DNA of 64,000 bases, from assembly GCA_036517395.1 (NCBI GenBank), contig DATDWN010000010.1:33922-97921 (forward strand). Reading direction: 5' to 3'. Source of the DNA: Minisyncoccota bacterium (GTDB lineage Bacteria > Patescibacteriota > Minisyncoccia > Phycocordibacterales > DATDWN01). A model generated the notes under the pieces. That model did no database searches. It was not told the origin of the DNA and saw nothing but the letters and a program-made list of their open reading frames with translations. Position numbers and translations under genes: made by a program. Below, in pieces: positions 48,867-56,369 of this stretch. Within the stretch, counting starts at the first letter, position 1, and each line of letters opens with the position of its first letter.

Positions 48867-49226
48867 ATGGACTCATCATACACTTCCTCAAGTACGAAAC
48901 CACTTTACCGAGGCACGCAGATTGTTTGGTACATACTGGGCATTATAGAGGTTCTCCTAGCCTTCCGCTTCATCCTGAAGCTCTTGGGAGCTAATCCAAC
49001 TGCCGGTTTTACTAGCTTCATATACGGCGTGACTTATGTTTTCGCGGAGCCTTTCCTAAACGTATTTCGTGTTACTCAAGTTTCAGGAAGTACTCTGGAG
49101 TGGACTACACTCCTTGCTATACTTGTTTACTGGGTAATAGCTGTTGGTATTATCAAACTCTTTCTCATGGGTAAAACAGTTTCTACGCCAGAAGCGGCTG
49201 CTAAATTAAATAGTCAGGAAAAATAA
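48867..49226 (+). CDS. YggT-family membrane protein
   Basis: LLAFRFILKLLGANP, EPFLNVF. Confidence 0.8.
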   Translation: MDSSYTSSSTKPLYRGTQIVWYILGIIEVLLAFRFILKLLGANPTAGFTSFIYGVTYVFAEPFLNVFRVTQVSGSTLEWTTLLAILVYWVIAVGIIKLFLMGKTVSTPEAAAKLNSQEK

Positions 49227-49246
49227 AAGAAGAATAAAAGAAAATC

Positions 49247-49729
49247 ATGCAATTATCAGAAATAAAAAGAGCAATAAATGAAAGCCATCCTTATTTGAAG
49301 AATTTTTTCTATATATCTGTTGCTGTTTTTGTTTTTGGTTTTATGGTCTTCTTCTCGGTTTATTTAATCCCCAATACTAAAGTGGTAAAAGCCGAGGTAT
49401 CGGAAAACTCAGTCTCTCTCGGTAAATCTGTTTTAGAGGTGCACATTGCAAACAATGGCATGGTTTATCTGCAGGGTGCTCGCGTTCTTGCCGTATCGGG
49501 AACTACGGTCTTGGTTAGCACCTCATGGAATCACATGGAATTTAAGTGGACCATCCAAACGAACGCGTCGAATTATGGCAAACGTCACTTCGGCACAAGC
49601 TTTCTTGATTCAAAAGGTAAAAGTGGAACTCTAAATGATATTCGTGTAGGAGATTTTATCAGTATTAATGGTCTTCTGGATATGAATTCTAGTGAGGTGG
49701 TTGTAAAGGCTGATGTTGTTAGAATTTAG
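49247..49729 (+). CDS. membrane-anchored OB-fold-like hypothetical protein
   Basis: N-terminal TM; DIRVGDFISING. Confidence 0.65.
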   Translation: MQLSEIKRAINESHPYLKNFFYISVAVFVFGFMVFFSVYLIPNTKVVKAEVSENSVSLGKSVLEVHIANNGMVYLQGARVLAVSGTTVLVSTSWNHMEFKWTIQTNASNYGKRHFGTSFLDSKGKSGTLNDIRVGDFISINGLLDMNSSEVVVKADVVRI

Positions 49730-49731
49730 TT

Positions 49732-50154
49732 TTACCTAAGCCAGACTTTTATTTCTTCCTGAGCTTCCTCTGGTGTTTCGGATGAGTGCATAACATTATG
49801 TAGAGCTCTGCCTTCTTCTTGACATTTCTCTAGTGTGTCTATGGTGAAATTATCTCTGACAACTTTTTTAATTTCAAGCATTCTAATAATGGCCTTTTCC
49901 CCCATAACCACCATGGCGCAGATGTTATGGTCTTTAATGTAGCTTTTGCTTAAATAGTCAATGATTTGCTCTTCGGTCGCTCCATAATTTCTGGCTTTGA
50001 CATTGTAGTGTTCACGGCACTGTTTTTCGGTCGCAGATATAAATTTTTGTTCAAGTATTAATAAATCGGAGTCTAAAATGTTCTGAATTATGTGTGGCAA
50101 TAACCCTCTCGATATTCCGTCAGGTTTTACCAGAACCAGTGACTTCTCTTTCAT
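49732..50154 (-). CDS. ndk: nucleoside-diphosphate kinase
   Basis: SLVLVKPDG, NVMHSS, EIKVW. Confidence 0.88.
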   Translation of the reverse strand: MKEKSLVLVKPDGISRGLLPHIIQNILDSDLLILEQKFISATEKQCREHYNVKARNYGATEEQIIDYLSKSYIKDHNICAMVVMGEKAIIRMLEIKKVVRDNFTIDTLEKCQEEGRALHNVMHSSETPEEAQEEIKVWLR

Positions 50155-50409
50155 AATTCAGCATTTTACCATCTATTTTTAGAAAGGCAATATTTCGAGG
50201 TAATGTGCACATGCATTTGGTACTTTTTAATATTAGTATTAATCTCCCGTGTGTTTTGGCACCGCGGGCAGGGTGATCTTGCTGATAATAATTACTTAGC
50301 TCCGCTCGTTGGATACATTTAGAACTCTCGATTGGGCTCAGATTCAGAGAGAACTTGATTACTCAGGATTATTTTTAAAACCCATTTCTTATGCTAAAGT
50401 ATAACAATT

Positions 50410-50880
50410 ATGGATGTTGACGCAAATCATTTTAAAGAGAAAAAATTAGAAGCAGAAGCAATTTACTCTGCTCAAAAGACTATTTATAACCCTTATTTCA
50501 AAACCAACATTGTTTTAAACTCTGACGGTTTCCATCATTTGCAGTTTTCAGCTCGTAGAGAAAGAAATAAAAGAGAGCAATTATTCAAATTTAGTTTATT
50601 ACCATTCGGATTAGAAATTATTAGAAAATCTGGGACAATTCAAGAGTACAGAAAACTATTAACTCCCATTGGTAAGAAATCAGCAGTAGATGGTTCTATA
50701 CCGATGAAAAATGTTGAGTACTGGGGTTTGATAGGAATAGTTGGTCCAAAAGGAATAAAAGTGAGGACTATATTAAGAAGAGTAGGAGATGGCAATATTA
50801 CTTTTTGGAGTGTTATGCTCTATTCAAAAATAAAGAATGGTAATCAAAAACTATTTACAGAAGGTATGGAAGATGAGTAA
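50410..50880 (+). CDS. putative BECR-superfamily (Barnase/EndoU/ColicinE5-D/RelE-like) ribonuclease
   Basis: LNSDGFHHLQF...R, VRTILRRVGDGNITFWSV; family call from recall only. Confidence 0.6.
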   Translation: MDVDANHFKEKKLEAEAIYSAQKTIYNPYFKTNIVLNSDGFHHLQFSARRERNKREQLFKFSLLPFGLEIIRKSGTIQEYRKLLTPIGKKSAVDGSIPMKNVEYWGLIGIVGPKGIKVRTILRRVGDGNITFWSVMLYSKIKNGNQKLFTEGMEDE

Positions 50881-50972
50881 ACAAAAACACCACCCGAAGG
50901 TGGTATCTTTGTTATGCCTGCCTTCAGCTTAGGTATTCCTTAGCTGAACGGGGCTTACGCCCACAGGCACAT
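50880..50972 (-). ncRNA. candidate small structured RNA convergent with the nuclease-like gene
   Basis: TTGATT-17-TAGTGT promoter (51005-50977); three-way junction gtgcctg/caggcat with gggc-GTAA-gccc and ttcagct/agctgaa arms; ccacc-TTCG-ggtgg plus T-rich tail. Confidence 0.6.
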
Positions 50973-51032
50973 ATAGACACTATCATATCTTACATAAAAA
51001 ATCAATGAAGATTGGGGATTTCCTGTGTTTAG

Positions 51033-51593
51033 CTATTTTTTCAAAATTTTAACAATTCCAACCACAGAATTTGCTTTTTTATCAAGGTTTTTGAACTTCC
51101 AAAGATATTCTTCAAGATGAGGAGCCACAGAAGGTTTAGTGTCGTCTACCTTTTCAGCTTTGACTAGTTGTTTTGGGTCATAAAGCACGAGAAGGTCAAT
51201 TCGCAATCTATAACCTCTATCAATCAAGGTATTTTCATAAAATCGTTTTACATCTTCAGCAAATGACTCACTTATGAGTTTTCCATCCTTTATTTCTATT
51301 GTTCCCGCTTGAATATCAGGTTGGTATGCTTCAAACTCTTCGTGGGCAACACCTTTTCTATTCGGGTCGTATTTATCAGTTCCAGTTTTTAAGATAATAT
51401 CCGCCAGTTCATCAAGAGTGTATTGAGGATGGTCGGCAATACTCAAAGCCCGAAGTAAATAACTCCCTACAAAGTTTTCAGATAGTGATTTGTCTATTTT
51501 TGCTCCTACAACAGAATAATCAGGTTGAGTATCCAAAGTGTATTCAGGAATAGAAATTGTGATGATTTTAGGTTGCATATTATTCTTCTTCAA
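51033..51593 (-). CDS. hypothetical protein
   Basis: 186 aa ORF at end of operon. Confidence 0.75.
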   Translation of the reverse strand: MKKNNMQPKIITISIPEYTLDTQPDYSVVGAKIDKSLSENFVGSYLLRALSIADHPQYTLDELADIILKTGTDKYDPNRKGVAHEEFEAYQPDIQAGTIEIKDGKLISESFAEDVKRFYENTLIDRGYRLRIDLLVLYDPKQLVKAEKVDDTKPSVAPHLEEYLWKFKNLDKKANSVVGIVKILKK

Positions 51594-51984
51594 TGGAGGT
51601 ATGCATTATCTCTACTACAAAATTTACGAATAAATCAGGTAGGTCAAAATAGCATTCCTTTTCTGACCAACCACCTTCTCTGAACTTTATGTTTTTACTG
51701 ATAGCCCAATTTTCTACCTTCTTAATAACCCCTCTAGGGTCATCAGAGAGAAACGCTATATGAGTTTTTCTTTTAGTATCTAAATCAGGAATGGGCTTTT
51801 CATCCACTTCAACGACTTGAATAGCAAAATGTAATTGCTTTTGACCGACCATTGCCCATTGATAGCCGTTATTTGGTTGGTAGACAACTTCGCAGTCAAA
51901 GATTTTATACATTTCAAGAACATCAGGAAGAGAACCTTTTGTGATGTTTTGAGCATAGTGATGTAGTCGTGGGTCTATTTTCAT
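51580..51984 (-). CDS. VOC/glyoxalase-like protein
   Basis: LHHYA...HIAF...YFDLPD..VVEI. Confidence 0.7.
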   Translation of the reverse strand: MKIDPRLHHYAQNITKGSLPDVLEMYKIFDCEVVYQPNNGYQWAMVGQKQLHFAIQVVEVDEKPIPDLDTKRKTHIAFLSDDPRGVIKKVENWAISKNIKFREGGWSEKECYFDLPDLFVNFVVEIMHTSIEEE

Positions 51985-51985
51985 A

Positions 51986-52360
51986 TTATTCAGGTCGGCA
52001 GTATATTTCTAATCTGTAACCATTTGGGTCATCAAACCAAATAAATTCTTTATTACCATATTTATCATTCATTATTCCACTATTCTTTATTCCTGAATTG
52101 TTTAGTGTTTGTTCAAACTCTCTTAGCTCTTCCATACTTCTAACTCCAAAAGCAAGATGATTTAAGCTAGTTTTATCTTTGTCTGATTTCTCAAAATCTC
52201 CATAAGCCAGTCCAAAGAAGATTTTTGTCTCTCCAATTTTATAAGCGACTTGTTCCTTGTCTTGTTGTTCGGGTTTACCAAGAAAAGAATTGTAAAACTT
52301 CTCTGTTTCTTCTATATTCTTAATTATTAAGACTATATGGTCTATGAATTTTGGTTGCAT
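51986..52360 (-). CDS. VOC/glyoxalase family protein
   Basis: IDHIVL, LNHLAF, FDDPNGYRLE. Confidence 0.9.
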   Translation of the reverse strand: MQPKFIDHIVLIIKNIEETEKFYNSFLGKPEQQDKEQVAYKIGETKIFFGLAYGDFEKSDKDKTSLNHLAFGVRSMEELREFEQTLNNSGIKNSGIMNDKYGNKEFIWFDDPNGYRLEIYCRPE

Positions 52361-52363
52361 AAG

Positions 52364-52912
52364 TTATTTTAGTTCATACTCCCAACCTGCTTTCCAAGCT
52401 TTTGTTTTCCTCCAATCCTCTGCAAGAGCTTCTTTCCAAGTCTTACCCTTAACTAGAACATCAAGTGAAAGTTGCGGTGCTTTATGTCCAACTATAGCAA
52501 CGCTTTTTCCATCATAATTTTGCTTTAGAAATTCAAGGAAGTCAGCTATTCGTGTTTTCACATTCACATAGCTTTCTCCTTCAGGAAATGGCTTTTCAAT
52601 ACACTCTTCTTCCTGCATTGGCTCAACAATATGAGACGAAGCTCCATTTAGTGTTCCATAATTACATTCTCGTAATCTAGCGTCAGGAACGATTTCATAC
52701 ATTCCTTTCCAAGCTAACTCTGCTGATTTAACTGCTCTCTGTAGGTCTGAACAAAAAACAACATCAAAATGCATATCCTGAGTCTTATCTTTCAAGGCAA
52801 TAGACTGGTCTATACCAATTTGAGACAACTCAACATCTTTCCAGCCAGATGAGATTTCCTTCTCATTATCGGTAGTAGTTCCGTGAACAAAGTATGTAAT
52901 TTTTATAGACAT
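52364..52912 (-). CDS. histidine phosphatase (phosphoglycerate mutase) family
   Basis: FVHGTT, SDLQRA, LRECNYG, GESY, VGH. Confidence 0.88.
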   Translation of the reverse strand: MSIKITYFVHGTTTDNEKEISSGWKDVELSQIGIDQSIALKDKTQDMHFDVVFCSDLQRAVKSAELAWKGMYEIVPDARLRECNYGTLNGASSHIVEPMQEEECIEKPFPEGESYVNVKTRIADFLEFLKQNYDGKSVAIVGHKAPQLSLDVLVKGKTWKEALAEDWRKTKAWKAGWEYELK

Positions 52913-52913
52913 A

Positions 52914-53342
52914 TTATTTTAGTTCAAAATACTTTTCTAAGACATCAAAGTAATCACTGCCATCATCAACTTCTTTATAGTTATTTTTATCTACCCATCT
53001 AAAGTTATTATGCTCCTCGCTTAATTTAACATCTCCTGATACATATTTTGCTCTGAACGCAACAAGATAAACTACTTTTGGATAATTTCTATGAGTTTTA
53101 GGAAATTCGTGATACCAAACCGCAAAAGGATTATAGACTTCAATTTCTAAACCTGTCTCTTCCATCACTTCTCTTTTTAATGACAAGACTAAAGACGAAG
53201 CATCTGCGTCTACAGCTTCGCCTTCCTGAATTTTACCACCCGCAAAGTCCAATCCTTCAACAGGGTCAAATAACACTAGAACTTTTCCGTCTTTTTCAAT
53301 GAAAGCTTTTTGACCGACACAAAACAGTGCATCATTTTTCAT
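52914..53342 (-). CDS. NUDIX hydrolase
   Basis: GGKIQEGE...LKREVMEETGL. Confidence 0.9.
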   Translation of the reverse strand: MKNDALFCVGQKAFIEKDGKVLVLFDPVEGLDFAGGKIQEGEAVDADASSLVLSLKREVMEETGLEIEVYNPFAVWYHEFPKTHRNYPKVVYLVAFRAKYVSGDVKLSEEHNNFRWVDKNNYKEVDDGSDYFDVLEKYFELK

Positions 53343-53345
53343 ATT

Positions 53346-53687
53346 TTATATTAAATTAAAACCAACCATTTTTACTATAGTATCCAAACTAACCTTATCT
53401 CCATAATAACTTTTGTAGTGATTGAGCATATCCGCTTGGTCTTTATACTTTTCGTGTCCTTCAAAATCGTCCTCTTCTAATTCTTTTAACTTTTTCTCTT
53501 CAACCTTAGTTATTACCGCCTTTGCAAATTCTTCGCTGGTTGATTTATTTACTAGTGAAAGTTTATCACCTTTTTCTAGGTTTTTATCGTCAAATAACCT
53601 CCAAGTTGAAGTTTTCTCTCCTGATAAAACAGGAGCTACTAAGTAAGGCATAAACTTGAGAGTTTTCATACGATTGAATTTTAACAA
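53346..53687 (-). CDS. ASCH-domain protein
   Basis: LKF...VLSGEKTSTWR. Confidence 0.85.
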   Translation of the reverse strand: MLKFNRMKTLKFMPYLVAPVLSGEKTSTWRLFDDKNLEKGDKLSLVNKSTSEEFAKAVITKVEEKKLKELEEDDFEGHEKYKDQADMLNHYKSYYGDKVSLDTIVKMVGFNLI

Positions 53688-53710
53688 AATGTAAAGTAAA
53701 GTAAAGGATT

Positions 53711-53881
53711 ATGAGTACTATTGAACAGAACTTAGAACGTAGTTACAACCTCTTTATTAACCGAAATACTCTATCGGATTTTTTTAAAGGTTTAGCCCAG
53801 TATCTTGAATATGTATATGAAGTTCCTGTTCTGAAAGAAGTTATGGAAGTATATGCAAAAGAAAGAAACGAGGATTACTAA
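53711..53881 (+). pseudogene. short ORF, probable N-terminal gene fragment
   Basis: 56 aa MSTIEQNLERSY... that runs out of frame into the recombinase remnant. Confidence 0.4.
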
Positions 53882-54209
53882 GGGTATGTATGACAAGAAA
53901 CAGCAAGAACTTCAAGACCAGTTACAGTTACTTGGAATTGAAATGTCAGAACATCAGAAAGCAGATTATGATTACCAAACCACTGTTGCTACAGTCATAT
54001 CAGTAGCACGAAGAGCAAAAAATATATTTGAAAATAGTTCTGATGTTGCAGGTAAACGAGCATTTTTGAACTACATACTTCAGAACCCGACAGTAAACGA
54101 AAAAAAGCTATATTTTTCAATAGCTTCTCCGTTCAATCTAGTACTAGAACTAGCTGATAACCCTAACTGGCTCCGCGGGCAGGGATCGAACCTGCGACCC
54201 ATCGCTTAA
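53853..54209 (+). pseudogene. C-terminal remnant of a large serine recombinase
   Basis: ITKGMYDKKQQEL coiled coil, KRAFLNYILQN, reads into tRNA (WLRGQGSNLRP); no catalytic domain. Confidence 0.7.
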
Positions 54210-54243
54210 CAGGCGATTGCTACTACCACTGAGCTACCGCGGA
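54168..54243 (-). tRNA. tRNA-Asn (GTT)
   Basis: TCCGCGG/CCGCGGA acceptor stem, ATCGC-CTGTTAA-GCGAT anticodon arm, GTTCGATC T-loop, encoded CCA. Confidence 0.96.
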
Positions 54244-54350
54244 ATGTTTTATTTTATGAATATTTCACAAGATACTTACCCATAATATCCAAAAATATGT
54301 AATAAAGCAATTAGTTGTTACGGCTTATTAGAGAGTGATATAATACCAAT

Positions 54351-54734
54351 ATGAAAATAAAAATACGTTCAAAAAATTTTGAGATAACGCCGGCCATTTT
54401 TAATTATGTAAATAAAAAAGTTTCATCTCTGGCCAAATTTCTCCATCTCAGAGACGATGCTCTGTCCGAAGTGGAGATAGGCAGAACGACAACTCATCAC
54501 AAATCTGGAGATATATTCAGAGCAGAAATAAATATTTCAGAACCCGGAGCTAAACAAATTCATGTGGCTGCAGAAGAAGCTGACTTGTACACCGCTATTG
54601 ATGTTGTCCGTGATGAAACAGAACGAGCTATCGTTTCAAGGAAAAATAAATATAGGACAATGTTTCGAAGAGGCGCGATAGGAGTGAAAAATATATTAAA
54701 ACGTATTGATCCTAGAAATTTTAGAAGAAAGTAA
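54351..54734 (+). CDS. raiA: ribosome hibernation factor (RaiA/HPF)
   Basis: KNFEITPAIFNYVNKK, DLYTAID. Confidence 0.9.
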   Translation: MKIKIRSKNFEITPAIFNYVNKKVSSLAKFLHLRDDALSEVEIGRTTTHHKSGDIFRAEINISEPGAKQIHVAAEEADLYTAIDVVRDETERAIVSRKNKYRTMFRRGAIGVKNILKRIDPRNFRRK

Positions 54735-54850
54735 TTATAAATTAATCTAATTTATAATTATTCTAATTAACCTAAATAATAACAAAGCACCAATGATCCA
54801 ATTGGGATTTGATTAGGGCAATTAGGATAACTAGGTCAATTAGAAATTTT
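54735..54850. repeat. AT-rich iterated inverted repeat (TTCTAAT/ATTAGAA type)
   Basis: attattctaattaacctaaataataac...aggtcaattagaaattttt, matching the 18241 copy. Confidence 0.7.
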
Positions 54851-55696
54851 TAGATTTCCTCTCAAATAATCTTTATAATCCATTTCTTTTTTACCCTCTG
54901 GAACAACTCTCTCCAAAACCAGTTGACCATCCTCAATGTGTGCTCGTTTTACTATGACTCTTTTGTCATTGTCGAAAAAATAAGCCGTTGGCCAAACATG
55001 AAAAGCGCGGATTTTTCGCAGATTGATTTCTGCGTCATTGCCTAGATTTATCTCGCCATCTTCTTTTTCTATTTTCTTACACACTGTGGCGCTTTGGTGG
55101 TCCTGTTCTTTGGCTTCAATTTTTCCTTCCACCCACTCTGGCATGATTTCTGCCAACAGTTTTCCACCCTCATGCGCCAGTTTGTTTTCCAAATCAGCTT
55201 CATAGGGAGGCCACTCGGGCGTATCTACTTTTTTCTGTGCAAGTATTGGTCCATGATCCATCTCCGTATCCAGTTTAATTATGCTTACGCCCGTTTCGTC
55301 TTCTTTCAAAATTGCGCTTTTTATTGGCGACGGCCCTCGCAGTTTTGGTAGGAGAGAAGGGTGAAGATTTAGCGTTCCGTGTTTTGAAATATTTAAAACT
55401 GCTTTTGGGATGATTTTTCCATAAGAAAAAACAATAAAAACATCCCATTTTTTTTCGCCCCACTTGGCGGCTAAGCCGCCAAGTGTTTCAGGTTGCGAAA
55501 TCTCGATCTGGTTTTCCTCAGCCCAAATTTTTACAGGAGGGGGAGTCAGTACAAGCCCCCGCCCTTTTGGTTTATCAGGGATTGTCACTATTAACTCCGG
55601 AACAAATCCAGCGACTTTCAATTCATCCAAAACTATCACAGAAAACTCAGTAGTGCCAAAGAAAACCCATTTCAAATTTTGATTGTCGTTTTCCAT
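54836..55696 (-). CDS. fmt: methionyl-tRNA formyltransferase
   Basis: VFFGT, PDKPKGRG, NLHPSLLP. Confidence 0.96.
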   Translation of the reverse strand: MENDNQNLKWVFFGTTEFSVIVLDELKVAGFVPELIVTIPDKPKGRGLVLTPPPVKIWAEENQIEISQPETLGGLAAKWGEKKWDVFIVFSYGKIIPKAVLNISKHGTLNLHPSLLPKLRGPSPIKSAILKEDETGVSIIKLDTEMDHGPILAQKKVDTPEWPPYEADLENKLAHEGGKLLAEIMPEWVEGKIEAKEQDHQSATVCKKIEKEDGEINLGNDAEINLRKIRAFHVWPTAYFFDNDKRVIVKRAHIEDGQLVLERVVPEGKKEMDYKDYLRGNLKISN

Positions 55697-55700
55697 TTCC

Positions 55701-56240
55701 TTAGATACTAGCTACTTTATGCTGTGTCTCCGGTATTATCTCCTCCACATATTTTGCTTTGTCTATGAAAAGCACTCCGTTCAAGTGGTCTATCTCATGC
55801 TGGAAAATCTGCGACATCAGTCCCGTGCCACCTCTTTCAAACTTTTTACCTTTTTCATCAAATGCTTCCACGGTGGCTTTCTTACCACGGCTGACCTGGC
55901 CATACAAATATCTCACAGACAAACAACCTTCCTCCACGACCATCTTTTCTTTTGATACTTTCTTTAATATCGGATTTATAAAAACCAGAGACTGAGTTGT
56001 AGTCTTATCCTCTTGCGTCAGGTTTTTAATGATATTTGGTACTCTTCCCGATACAACAAAAATGCGCAAGGGGTATCCAATCTGTGGCGCGGCTATGGCT
56101 ACCCCGTCATCTTGGGAAGCAAGGGACGATTTCATCTCCGCAATAATTTTCTGAATTTTTGGTGAAGTTATGTCTTTGACAGGAACATCTTGGCATATCT
56201 TGCGCAGTATGGGGGATTCCTTTTGAAGTATTTTTTTCAT
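55701..56240 (-). CDS. def: peptide deformylase
   Basis: GVAIAAPQIG, EGCLS, QHEIDHLNG. Confidence 0.97.
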   Translation of the reverse strand: MKKILQKESPILRKICQDVPVKDITSPKIQKIIAEMKSSLASQDDGVAIAAPQIGYPLRIFVVSGRVPNIIKNLTQEDKTTTQSLVFINPILKKVSKEKMVVEEGCLSVRYLYGQVSRGKKATVEAFDEKGKKFERGGTGLMSQIFQHEIDHLNGVLFIDKAKYVEEIIPETQHKVASI

Positions 56241-56369
56241 CCCGTTAGAGATAGGAAATCCCTCATACTCGAGGCATTTCCGTAGTTTATTTACATTAAT
56301 TAATTATAATCAATATTATTCTTACCATAAGTATATCAAAAAACAAAACTAACTGATCTCTAACGGGAT
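56239..56369. repeat. MITE-like element with CCCGTTAGAGAT terminal inverted repeats
   Basis: atcccgttagagat...atctctaacgggat fills the priA-def gap. Confidence 0.85.

Larger units (their letters stand above)
50299..54176. mobile_element. decayed integrative element at tRNA-Asn 3' end
   Basis: GCTCCGC core at both ends (50299-50305, 54170-54176), recombinase-like C-terminal remnant, AT-rich cargo. Confidence 0.7.

Noticed and set aside
50257-50273. Second tRNA gene
   Set aside because: Only a 17-bp match to the tRNA-Asn 3' end with no cloverleaf; treated as an att scar
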